From: Octopus bimaculoides
Lineage: Eukaryota
Length of the DNA stretch: 64,000 nt
Direction: 5' to 3'
Assembly: GCF_001194135.2 (NCBI RefSeq)
Contig: NC_068999.1
Coordinates: 12,336,515-12,400,514, forward strand
The notes under the pieces are model-generated. The model had not been told where the DNA came from. It saw only the letters and a program-made list of their open reading frames with translations, and did not search any database. How positions within the stretch are numbered: position 1 is the first letter of the stretch; each line of letters begins with the position of its first letter. This document shows positions 39,141 through 50,401 of the stretch, piece by piece. A program made the position numbers and the translations under genes.

Positions 39141-39486
39141 ATAGTGGAATTTCGTTATGATGAATCAGTCTTCATTTTTAAAATGATAATATTTTTGTAT
39201 GGCTGGTGAAGGAGATAAATTTAAAAGAAACAACAGCAACAAAAACAACAGTAAGAGCAACAACAACAAGTACACTGAAATAGATTTCCCTTGATTGTAA
39301 TATATGCATGTCATGATCTATTTTACATAAAGTATCTTTTTATACTAATTTGTTTAGTTTCCTATCATGTTAATAACAACTGATACATTATTAAGAAATA
39401 AATTGAATAATCGGCTTATGTTTTGACGTTCGGCGTACAAGTATGAATATTAGCGATGTAATGCGACAAACAATACACGGAAAGAC

Positions 39487-39487
39487 A

Positions 39488-39547
<60 letters not shown>

Positions 39548-39614
39548 GATAATAATAATAATAATGGCAATAATAATAATAACAACAACAATAACAATAA
39601 TAATAGTAATAATG

Positions 39615-39708
<94 letters not shown>

Positions 39709-39751
39709 TGATGATAATATTAATAATAATAATAATAATAGCAATAATAAT
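39487..39751 (+). repeat. (AAT)n array
   Basis: Read directly from the sequence. Confidence 0.95.
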
Positions 39752-40639
39752 TAAACGATGAAATGAAAGTGATAAAACATGAGAAGTAAACAAAATGCAA
39801 CTCATTTCTTTCAAACACAAGAATTGTGAATAAGTCATTAAGTATGAAACCACAAGCACAATGTTATCAATATACAGGATTTAGAATTTACAGGCAACTG
39901 GAGACCAGTGTCAAATGCATTTTCATCAGCTTGTTTGTTTTGGGCGCTTTATTATCATTTGTTTTGCATTAGTGTTTAATTAAACATAATATCACTTCAT
40001 TTCAAAAGCAAATGTACTTTATCTAAGTCAAGTCGACTCAAAGAGAGAATTACTGGCCCCTGAACGTGATGATATTTTGTTTAGCTTTGTGTGTGTACTG
40101 TTAGCAACGGAAACGAAAGAATATATATATATATATATATATATACATACGTAGTAACAAAACGTAGCTTTTTTACCTTGTCTTAATATTCTGAATACAT
40201 TCATCTGTTTATTCCATGTGCATATTATAAGGTATTACTATTTGGGAAAATGTTACTGACAATATCCACGTCATATTGACGAATCGAAATATGTCGTAAT
40301 TACAGTTTTGCCGGCCATTATTTTGTCAGCAATATTTGTTATTGTATTTGTTTTGTTGTTGTTGTTATTGGCAAGCTGGCAGAATCAGTAGCACTATGAC
40401 ATCAACAATAAAATCGATAACAAAATGAAGAGGTTTGCTGAAGTAATAAACATCTAGAGAGAAATGTTAAAAATTCCCTCTCGAGCACAATATTCATGAA
40501 CTTTCAAAAGTAAAAGACACCATAAAAGTTGACAGTGGTAAGACATCAGCGCTCGTTCCACCCGAAATAAATAAGGTAAAACAAAAAAGGAAAGCATGGT
40601 TTAAATGCGTATCACCTGGAGTAGGAGGTCTGAAATAGC

Positions 40640-41185
40640 TTCCATCAGTGACGACGGGAATGTCCTCAGCGAAATTTTAATGCGCGTGGCTCACCTATAG
40701 AAAGGTTGGTGGTGGTGGGGTGTGGCAATGTTCCAGCATTGAAGTTATGTTTAACAGCGAGGACCACGTGTGAAGACATGCATTGTCACCCCAGCAGGCT
40801 GAGGAGGGTATCCTATGTCCCACCTACTTCTCGAAGAGAACGACTAGAATTGGAGTCAAAGGTGTGCCGCCAAGTGTAAACGTCCGGTGGATCGTCACCT
40901 GTATGGTGCAGCTCCCAAAGTCACACCTGGACATAAGAAGGAGCAGCAGGGATGACTGCAGATATTAATCCATAGAGATATCAATCGATGTAGAATCAGA
41001 TATTAATCCATGTCAAATTGGAGATATTAATCCATGTAAAGCCAGAAAAAATATCGTGAAGATTCCGGACCTGATCTAGCTGCTCAACAGGGTGGAACTG
41101 CTTGTCATTGTGGAAAGCAGAAAGCCCAGATGTGACACCTGTGAGTTCACAATTTATCTGAGAGCCTTCTGCCCTAAAACGTCGT
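40640..41185 (+). mobile_element. Non-LTR ORF1/gag-like remnant with a degenerate CCHC zinc knuckle
   Basis: SIEVMFNSEDHV..LCPTYFSKRTTRIGVKGVPP, and downstream LVIVESRKPR-C-DT-C-EFTI-Y-LRAF-C-P (CX2CX4[H>Y]X4C; TAT is one transition from CAT). Confidence 0.55.
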
Positions 41186-41219
41186 GGGGTACGCGGCCAC
41201 ACCTGCCTCTGTTTTGTTT

Positions 41220-42795
41220 TGGAATGAGCTTTACTTAAGAAGACTGCGATGGTTTTCAAGGCTATTTTCTGCATATTACACTTATTCTTAAGTCCTGGTG
41301 TTTTGGTTATGTATTTGTTGTTTTAGATCATACATAATGCATACCCTATTATAAGCAGAGTTCCTGTTTGTAGGCTCCATATTCAGTTCATCTCTATTTC
41401 CAGATCTTTCTATTTTGACAGAATCTCCGATTCTTTTAGAAAGTTTTGGGATTTATTTATTGATTAGAAGAAATTTTTCTTGCTCTCACTGTCAAGTGAA
41501 GCACGTGTAGATGCCTTGACATGTGCATTGGTATAACCAGAATGTTGTTCCTTTGACATTTTCGAGACCATTTCTTGGACATGACTAAACCATCTTTTAT
41601 CTGTTGTCATTCTATAGTGCTGACATATTTTCCACTGTATATCAGATCCAAATATGTCTATCTGTGGATGCATTATTGACAGTCAGATGCGATCTCATAT
41701 ATTGTTTCATCACCATCACCACATAATCTGCAGTTACTTTTATTTTTCTTCATTATATGTTTCTCGTGATTTCTGGTGAGAAGGCTTAGATTTTGGAAGG
41801 CATTAAAATCCCGTCAGTCTCCACTTTGAGTCCTGGTCTCCAAACATTTCTGGCATTCTACTTTGTCTATTTATTTTCTATTTAGCATATACTAGTATTT
41901 GCCATTTAAGGATTTTTCTTGCCATAGTTCTATCATGGTATTTTATTTGTTCGAGTTTCAGTTTAGGTCAGGTGCTCTACAGTTTTCGTTTCTTCTTTCT
42001 CTGACCATGTATTTTGGTCTTCTTTGAAGACAGGAAACTATTTATTTGTTTGTGTTGTTATTTCTTTCTTTTGAGATAGATATGTCTGTAATCCAGTGCC
42101 GCATATTTCATACAAGTTGTGTAGCTGTATAAGGTCTCTACCCGCTTTAATCCGTTGCATATATAACCTTTCTTTCAGATTTTGAGTGATGCATTCTAAA
42201 TTTCGTCATGATGTTTGTTGTTTTCCTGTCTAGTTTCGTTAGTTAATTCAGTTTCCAATTAAGATTATTGTAATTGTAACATTTAACGGTGACAGCTAGA
42301 GTATTGCTATCTATTATCTTGTTTTCGCATTGAGTTCTGTTTTAAGTATTAATCTAACTTGTTTATATTATTCTTTCCTTATCTTCCCTTTCGTTTGTCT
42401 GTGTTGTACTGTATCTAAATCATTGATTCTGAATTATTTGTATTCCTGGCTTTAGCCTATTTCTCTTATTTAGATTTTTTTTTTTTTGTCTACAACGTTA
42501 ATGTTACTGTTAACTAGATTTCAACTTTTCAAGGTTGCTTTGTCACATTATTCTGAGCCGAATTTCGTATTTATTACTTTGATAAATCCATGTCGCGTTT
42601 CTAATAGTGTTTTTCGTTTACTTTTTCATCATTTCCAGCATACTATTTCATCTGCATAAAAGAGGTGGTCGATTATTTTACCATAGCAATTATGTTCACA
42701 GCCAATTCTGTTTAAAAAGTCTGTTAAAGGCGTTAATGTAAGAGAGAATGTGAGTGAAAGGAATGAGTCTGATTGGAATATTCCTTTTCTAACGA
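41220..42795 (-). mobile_element. Decayed R4/Dong-clade (RLE) non-LTR retrotransposon, RT to C-terminus
   Basis: Minus strand in order: RKGIFQSDS..LTP, DHLFYADE (42646-42666), DRKTTNIMTKFRMHH, IQWKICQHY..KRWFSHV, KDLEIEMN*IWSL..IIGYALCMI, NMQKIAL. This is the order of the R4/Dong RT, thumb, post-zinc-knuckle region and RLE terminus. Confidence 0.85.
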
Positions 42796-42911
42796 GGAAA
42801 GGCTTTAGTTTTATAATTCACTCCTTTGTCTGGAGCGCTGTGTTATCTAATTCATAATCGTTGTAGCATCCTTGTTCACGGTCGGTGTTCCTATGATCCA
42901 TGTGGAAGATG

Positions 42912-43183
42912 TTATTAATATTATTATTATTGAGTGAGAGAGCAGAGCATGACATCAAAGTGACGCTGGAGTAATATATACGAGTCCCAGTATACCCATC
43001 GTGACTACTCGCCTGACAAGGGTACACCAGACACATGCATTACAACCATATATGTGCGACATGGTAATCTCATATCAAGATAAACAGTGAATGTCCTTGC
43101 ACGTGGAGTCCAGTTGGAATTTTCTGCAAGTCGAGTAGCGCATCCCCCTCAAAAGGTCCCTGAATAAGGGTCGCATAAGGATA
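42912..43183 (-). mobile_element. 3' end of a retroelement (LINE/SINE) with (TAA)n tail
   Basis: GC-richer 250 bp unit ending on the minus strand in gctctctcactcaataataataat; resembles a common octopus retroposon 3' end by recall; family not determined. Confidence 0.5.
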
Positions 43184-44174
43184 TTCTTCTTCTTCTTCTT
43201 CTTCTTCTTCTTCTCATTATTAGTATTATTATTATGCTCACATATCATTTGTATCATTATATTATCGAACGTCACGCGTCCATTTGCAAGTAAGTTTTAA
43301 CTATATATATATATATATATNNNNNNNNNNNNNNNNNNNNNNNNNNNNNNNNNNNNNNNNNNNNNNNNNNNNNNNNNNNNNNNNNNNNNNNNNNNNNNNN
43401 NNNNNNNNNNNNNNNNNNNNNNNNNNNNNNNNNNNNNNNNNNNNNNNNNNNNNNNNNNNNNNNNNNNNNNNNNNNNNNNNNNNNNNNNNNNNNNNNNNNN
43501 NNNNNNNNNNNNNNNNNNNNNNNNNNNNNNNNNNNNNNNNNNNNNNNNNNNNNNATATATATATTTATATATATATAAAGGTCGTTAAAACAATATTTTC
43601 CCCACCTCTTTTGCCTCTTGGCATTGTTAATACTTTATATATTTCCCATGAAGTAATTTCATCAGTCGGTTTTCTTGGATTTCAGCTGCATAGAACTCTG
43701 CTTTATACTGTATTGGGTCACGCTAGAAGATCCGTATCCGCTAGAAGATCTCTCTGTGATAGCCACATGATTCTATGAATCAGTATACTACAGATTTACA
43801 TATAAATACATATGTAAAAGTATATTCATACACAGGTGTATATATACTCTTATGCATATATGCAGATTTTCACACGTACATATAGCTGCATATTTGACTA
43901 TCCAATACATACACCCACCATAGTTTTGGAAAGAATAAAACTTCTAAATTACAAAGCATACCCCGAACTACATAGAGAACTGGACGCAAATTCACGTGAA
44001 TTGCCAACCAGAACTATTATTTACTCCTTTCTTTCAGTTCCAATATCTTCAGACTGTAAAATAAATGCTCTCTAGCTTTCCAATATATACCGATATTCGT
44101 GTCGATGAATGAATCAAGGAATTTTAAGAGAAATGAAAGGATTTGTGAAAGTTTGGATCCTTCGCTAGATGAAG

Positions 44175-44319
44175 GAATCATAAATTGCTAATCAATGGGA
44201 AAAGTTGTACTTTTAGCTATTGCCGTTAAAATATTTTATTCTTTAATTGTTGAGCGTTACTCTGATACAGTATTATAGGAGTTCACTTTCTTACTGTGGC
44301 ACGTAATATTTTTGAGTGT
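44175..44319 (+). repeat. Diverged direct repeat, copy 1 (copy 2 at 44707-44851)
   Basis: attgctaatcaatgg..aaagttgt..tattttattctttaatt..ctgatacagtattat..gttca.ttcttact.tggcacgt.atatttttgagtgt occurs on both sides of the SINE. Confidence 0.9.
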
Positions 44320-44320
44320 G

Positions 44321-44700
44321 ACACTCCGTCGGTTACGACGACGAGCGTTCCAGTCGATCCGATCAACATAACAGCCTGCTCATGAAATTAACGTGCGAGT
44401 GGCTGAGCACTCCAAAGACACGTGTACCCTTAACGTAGAGTTCGGGGGAGATTCAGCGTAACCGCTCAGTGTGACAAGGCTGGCCCTTTGAAATAGAGGT
44501 ACAACAGAAACAGGAAGAAAGAGTGAGAGAAAGTTATGTTGAAAGAGTACAGCAAAGATCGCCACCATCCGACTGTCGGAGCCTCGTGGAGCTTTAGGTG
44601 TTTTCGCTCAATAAGCACTCTCAATGCCCGGTCTGGGAATGGAAAACGCGATCCTACGACCGCAATCCCGCTGCCCTAACCACTGGGCCATTGAGCTTCC
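44321..44700 (-). mobile_element. tRNA-derived SINE family C (head type 1), full length
   Basis: Homologous end to end with 34665-35033; minus-strand head ggaagctcaatggcccagtggttagggcagcg. Confidence 0.92.
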
Positions 44701-44706
44701 ATACAT

Positions 44707-44851
44707 GAATCGGAGATTGCTAATCAATGGTTAAAGTTGTGCTTTTAACGACTGCTTTTTAAATATTTTATTCTTTAATTCTTAAGCGCTATTCTGATAC
44801 AGTATTATGGGAGTTCATTTCCTTACTATGGCACGTGATATTTTTGAGTGT
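44707..44851 (+). repeat. Diverged direct repeat, copy 2
   Basis: See 44175-44319. Confidence 0.9.
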
Positions 44852-45344
44852 ATATTGTGGTGGTATATTAAGCTGAATTTTTTAAAATAAAATTTTATTC
44901 TTAAAAAAAGAAGGAATTGAATAATTTTCGAAATTAGTTTCAGATACAAATTTTGTGAAACATATATGGCTTGCTGTCTTTAGATGTAGTTTCTGCTGTA
45001 CGTTTCATTGACACGGTTTATGATGAATCGGGGATACGTACCCATCTCTACAAGATGGCGAAGCTTAGTAATGTTTCGGTATTAGTAAAAGTAAGCAACT
45101 CTTCCGAACTTACAGTTATAAAAAAGTTTTAAAAAATGGATATTTATAGAGATGATTAAAACCGTCTCAGACTCCATCGTCGTCGTCTCGTTGCTGTCGT
45201 CATTGTCCTCGTACTCATCATCATCATCATCATAATTGTCATTATCTTAATTAATGTCATCCACTACATCATCACCGTAATAGAACACAAGGTTTTGTAA
45301 TCAACTAAAATTTATTTCTATTAGAATGATTTGAAATTGATCTT

Positions 45345-45594
45345 AATATTTCAAAATACTTTACAAATATTAAAATTCTGTAATATTTCAAATTACAAAA
45401 TTGGAAAATCTGTAATATTTTGAATTATAAGATCGAAATTTTGTAATCTTGAAATTGAAGCATTTCATCTGGGAATATTGGAATTTCAGGTTCCAATATT
45501 TCAAATTTTGTACCTTCAAATATCAAACTTCGAAATTATGTAATTTCAAATAACGTAATTTAACATTTTATATTTTGAAGTATTTTGATAATTC
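45345..45594. repeat. AT-rich fold-back/MITE-like segment built from tttcaaat/atttgaaa-type units
   Basis: About 55 bp imperfect terminal inverted arms (aatatttcaaaatactttacaaat.. / ..attttgaagtattttgataatt) enclosing degenerate 8-9 nt subrepeats. Confidence 0.4.
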
Positions 45595-45728
45595 CACCGT
45601 AATAATATTGCTAGCAGTGAGTTCTCTTGGTGAAATTGAGTTTTTTCTTCTTTTTTTTTCATCAAAGAATGATGGAAAAATACTAATATAACCAATCCCA
45701 ACATTTGTATTGACATTTTTGCATTCCT

Positions 45729-46050
45729 GGCACGCCGTTATTTAGGGCAGCGAAGGTTCCAGTTGATTCGATGAATGGAACAGCCCGCGCAGGAAATTAA
45801 GTTGCAAATGACTGAGCATTCCAGAAACACATGTACCCTTAACGCAGCTTTCTGTGAGATTTAGTGTGACACAGTTGTAACAAGGCTGGCCCCTTTGAAA
45901 TACAGGTACTGCCACTTTTTGTTTAGCTAAGTGAACCGGAGCAACATGTTAAAATGATGTGGCTTGCTCAACGACACAATGCACCACCGGGAACCGAACT
46001 CCCGGCTTTATGATCTTCAACTAGATACTCTAACCATTAAGCCACGCGCC
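45729..46050 (-). mobile_element. SINE family C body with a different head/middle module (head type 2)
   Basis: 45729-45908 matches the family C 3' body. 45910-46050 instead carries gagcaac..gcttgctcaacgacacaatgc (reverse complement of a gtgtc..gagcaag-type domain) and a different tRNA head. Confidence 0.8.
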
Positions 46051-46207
46051 TTCCTTTGCATCTCTGTAGCATATTATTTTTAGTCACTCTTGATGGATGT
46101 GAAGCTAATCCAGCTTTCCATTTCATGTTCTAGTGTAGCTATTGATGATATATTTGCATGAGAATCGTTTCAATGTAATTGGTATGATGGATCATCTTAC
46201 GTGCATC

Positions 46208-46258
46208 ATTATTACCTCCACCTTAGCGAAGGCGGAGGTATTGTTTTCAGTCGTGTCT
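46208..46258 (+). mobile_element. Helentron/HINE-like 5' end (truncated)
   Basis: ttattacctccaccttagcgaaggcggaggtattgttttcagtcgtgt: subterminal inverted repeat tacctcc.cc/ggcggaggta followed by tgttttc, as I recall for Helentron-associated non-autonomous elements. Confidence 0.45.
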
Positions 46259-46434
46259 CAGCGTAGAGTGAATTGTGGTACAATATGGACAGATTTCTGA
46301 ATACCAACGAACATTTATGCAGATGTAACAATTTAAAGGATAAGCTTATTACAATGGATAATACTAAGTGGACTTATCATTTTTCTCTTTCTTTTACTTT
46401 TTTCTTTGTGACGTAATCTTGGGACTGAAAATGC

Positions 46435-46537
46435 TTGCGGCTGAAGATAGCTTTAAACCTTCCTTTCTATCAATTATATACTTATATAATGATACAACGA
46501 CAGTTTGTGTATAAAGCTTGAAACACGTGTACCGCGA
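46435..46537 (+). ncRNA. Minimal type I hammerhead ribozyme (PLE/retrozyme type)
   Basis: Stem I UUGCGG(46435-40)/CCGCGA(46532-37); core CUGAAGA(46441-47); stem II AGCUUUA(46449-55)/UAAAGCU(46512-18) with an internal extra hairpin; GAAA(46520-23); palindromic stem III ACACGUGU; GUA cleavage triplet ending at 46531. Confidence 0.75.
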
Positions 46538-46895
46538 TATCATTTGTGTTCTGGTTTCATTTTACGTTTTAATATATTCTTTCACCTCGGCCACTATCCG
46601 GCATATACAGTTGCTTACACTTATCAAGTATTACCTCTAAAATTTATATATATGTATANNNNNNNNNNNNNNNNNNNNNNNNNNNNNNNNNNNNNNNNNN
46701 NNNNNNNNNNNNNNNNNNNNNNNNNNNNNNNNNNNNNNNNNNNNNNNNNNNNNNNNNNNNNNNNNNNNNNNNNNNNNNNNNNNNNNNNNNNNNNNNNNNN
46801 NNNNNNNNNNNNNNNNNNNNNNNNNNNNNNNNNNNNNNNNNNNNNNNNNNNNNNNNNNNNNNNNNNNNNNNNNNNNNNNNNNNNNNNNNNNNNNN

Positions 46896-46948
<53 letters not shown>

Positions 46949-47565
46949 CTCTATCTCATTGTCTCTCTATCTCTCTTATGTTCGCTCTCCATCTCTTTCT
47001 CTCTTTCTATCTCTCTCCACCCTCTCTCTCTCTCTGTGGATATGTGTGTCTAGCCGTGTTGCGTGTCTCCGTTGTATACTACAAACTTATCAGAACGTAC
47101 CTACATTAATGCAACCAGAATTTATACCTGACAACACATTTCATATTTAAAGTATGTAATTGGTCTACACGTTCCAAAATCGTGTTACTTCTGATAGCAA
47201 CACGCGTGTGTCTGTGGATATAATGTTTTGAATGGAAACTCTAATTACTGAAAAGTAATGCTTACGTTTGTAGGTGTTATAATGTCACACTTAACAAGTT
47301 TACAGCTATACGCTCACTTTATAATAGCCGTAATGAGGAAACAAGTATGCAGCTACATGGCATTTAGAATGTAAATGACATATTTACATACTAATTGTCT
47401 GTGGCCCCAATTTAAAGTGCTCATTATTTAGGCCGCTGCATAGGGCAGAAGTTGGCGGTGTTGGACAACTCGTACCTATCTCCTTCCTCTTTCTCTGTTT
47501 CTTTGTCTCTCTCTAGGTACACAGTCTGACATACACTCAGCCTCACTTTCACGTACACTTTACAC

Positions 47566-47597
<32 letters not shown>

Positions 47598-48302
47598 GTA
47601 TATATATATATGTATATATATATATGTATATATATNNNNNNNNNNNNNNNNNNNNNNNNNNNNNNNNNNNNNNNNNNNNNNNNNNNNNNNNNNNNNNNNN
47701 NNNNNNNNNNNNNNNNNNNNNNNNNNNNNNNNNNNNNNNNNNNNNNNNNNNNNNNNTATATATATTTGTATGAGCGTGTGTGTAAGTAGTTAGGTATGGG
47801 TAGATGCGTATCTTCGGTTTTATATAACAGCAAGAAATCCAAAGATATATACAAAAGTGGGGAAAAATAAGCAACCAATACTTTCTTTTGCAGTCTCACA
47901 TTGAAATCTCATTAAATAAATGTCAGTAAATTGTCTTTCAAATTCTTAAACTCATGTCGAAGTGTAAAACCGGCCGGATATTATTGTGATCTCCTAGGCT
48001 TTCATAGTATCCGTAATGTTCGATAGTTGTGTTGAGTGAATGACAATTAAGCTTGTCGTTGTAGGGCCTCATCATCTCAGAAATTAAAAGACATAAAGAC
48101 CCTTTCACGAGTGCCAATAGAGATAATGGCATTAAGATTGCTTGTTTGAATATACTGACTGCATCCTGAATGTTATAATCATTAGAGCAAACTAGCGAAT
48201 GTCTAGATCTCTTTGCATTAAATCACTACGTCATACACTACTTAGTTGGCAAAACTTTTCTAAGAATCAACAAAGTTTTCTCTCTTCATATACATATATT
48301 CG

Positions 48303-48484
48303 TTTGAAATTTTGGTACATAGCCATGAATTTTGGGGGAGGGTGTTAGTCGTTTACATCGACCCTAGTATTCAAATGGTGCTTAATTTATTGACACCGAA
48401 ATGATGAAAGGCAAGGTCGACCTTGGCTGAATTTGAGCCTAAAACGTGCTGACAGACGAAATGCCGCTAAGCATTGTAACCGGC
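48303..48484 (-). mobile_element. SINE family B, 5' truncated, alternative 3' tail
   Basis: Core gatgaaaggcaaggtcgacc..gaatttgag..gacgaaatgccgctaagcatt on the plus strand; minus-strand tail is ccctcccccaaaattcatggc..aatttcaaac. Confidence 0.8.
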
Positions 48485-49739
48485 TTCATCGTCCACATTT
48501 TTTTTGCAGTCTCTCTCTCCAAAGTCTTTCACGACGGCGTTTCCGATTTACGACAATAACCTCACAATGCAATTCTGTATGATTTTGGAAATAAGTGCGA
48601 GGCAAAATTTGAAGCGTTCATTGGTTTATTTGTTTCATTTTGGGAGACATGATGGCTGTGTGCTGCAGTATGACCTCAAATGTTGCAGATGTTGAATCAT
48701 TTGATCTAGAAGGACGGTTGTTACATAAAGTTAGTCTTTCATGGGACTGGAAATGGCAGATATACCGAGCCGCAATAATGTGTATACAGCTACACATAAC
48801 GTACCTCGAGCGCTTTATGTATGTATATACATATACTGGTAAACATGGTGGCGAATATATGTTCTTATATAGTTAGAGTTTAAAATATAGATACATCGAT
48901 ATATGAGCAAGTAGGTAAGAGGAAAATATATGGCTATACCTCTTCACGTTGAAAATCGAGAATCAAAATGATGACATATGCAGGTTGTATTCGAACATGT
49001 TCCGGCAGGTTCGAAAGAAAGTACTTTGACTACATCCCTGTTTCGACGTAGCAAACACTTGAGTCTCCTTACGGTAGATAATCGAGAAAAAAACGAGTGT
49101 CATGAACGCTTGCTCGTCAGCATATTCACGTATAAACATTACCGAACGTATTCAGAAGACACACACAAATACACACACGCTTGTGTGTGTACGTGCGCGC
49201 GTGTGAATACGTTTATTGTATATTCTTAAATAATTATACATTAAATAGCTTCCGTCTACACTCACACACCTATCTACACATATCTCTGCGTATGTATGTA
49301 TATGCACATTTATATTAAAAGAGAGTGCGTGTATGGGTGTAATTTAGCTGTTTATGAATTGCATCATTTTGCTTAGGAATATCAGTCATTCAACTCAAAG
49401 AGTAACTTATTAGAATTTTCATTACAATATGTTTGGTTGAATTTACCATAGACAATATAATGACATGTAAGTCAATGAACCCAATAACAAGTGTGAAATC
49501 TATTGCTATTCTATACAATATTACCCATGCAATTCTGATATTCTTGATGGCATTTTGATAATGATTGAGTTAATTTTTAAATATTTACGCAAGTTCACAA
49601 ATATTTAACATACCTATCAGTGTATATTTTCATAATAGTAACTAGCGCCGGTTTGTTGGATAATGATCTCATGTATTTGTTTCGTAAGTCCATCAGTATT
49701 TGTTTCGTGAGAAGGCTAGTCATCTGTACTGATTTCATT

Positions 49740-49945
49740 AGAAGTCTTGTGTGATTGTACCGGATCTCTGCGGCCTGAGATCAAGTTTATTATCGTTCCG
49801 CTTAAAATGTTGCAAGTTCATAGTCACACACACAAAAAATGTAAATTCCAGAGGGGCAATATTCGAGAGAAATTTCACATCATCATTTTTCGGGTTTAGT
49901 TGCTAGATTTAATATGAAGAAGGGAGTTGATTTTCCTGTCGAAGA
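49740..49945 (-). mobile_element. Decayed PLE RT-thumb remnant (tentative)
   Basis: Minus strand FDRKINSLLHIKSSN (cf. YRKxTDxNxYLHxxSxHP) followed by SQAAEIRYN (cf. SQALRIRRxC). Confidence 0.4.
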
Positions 49946-50165
49946 ACATCATTGTGTGCCAATTAATACAAACAGTATAATTGCGCTAAATGATTCGGAG
50001 AAAGTAATTTAATTGTATAGGAGTGAGAAAATTGTACGTAGTACCGAGTGACATCATACACCGCCCCCAAACAGACACACACATACATAAATAAAAATAC
50101 AGTATAAAGAAAAGAAAGCAGCAAAACCTGGAGGAAAATATGTTGTTAAGGAGCGTGTGTATATA

Positions 50166-50332
50166 GGGGAAGGAGTGGCTGTGTGGTAAGAAGCTTGCTT
50201 CCTAAACAACATGGTTCTGGGCTCAGTCATACAGCGTGGCACGTAATACAAGTGCTTTCTACTATAGCCTTGGGCCGAATAATGTCTTATGAGTGGAATT
50301 CGTAGACAGAAACTCAAAGAAGCCTGTTGTAC

Positions 50333-50401
<69 letters not shown>

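Noticed and set aside
38718-39859. Poly-I/L/N ORFs
   Set aside because: These are translations of (AAT)n arrays.
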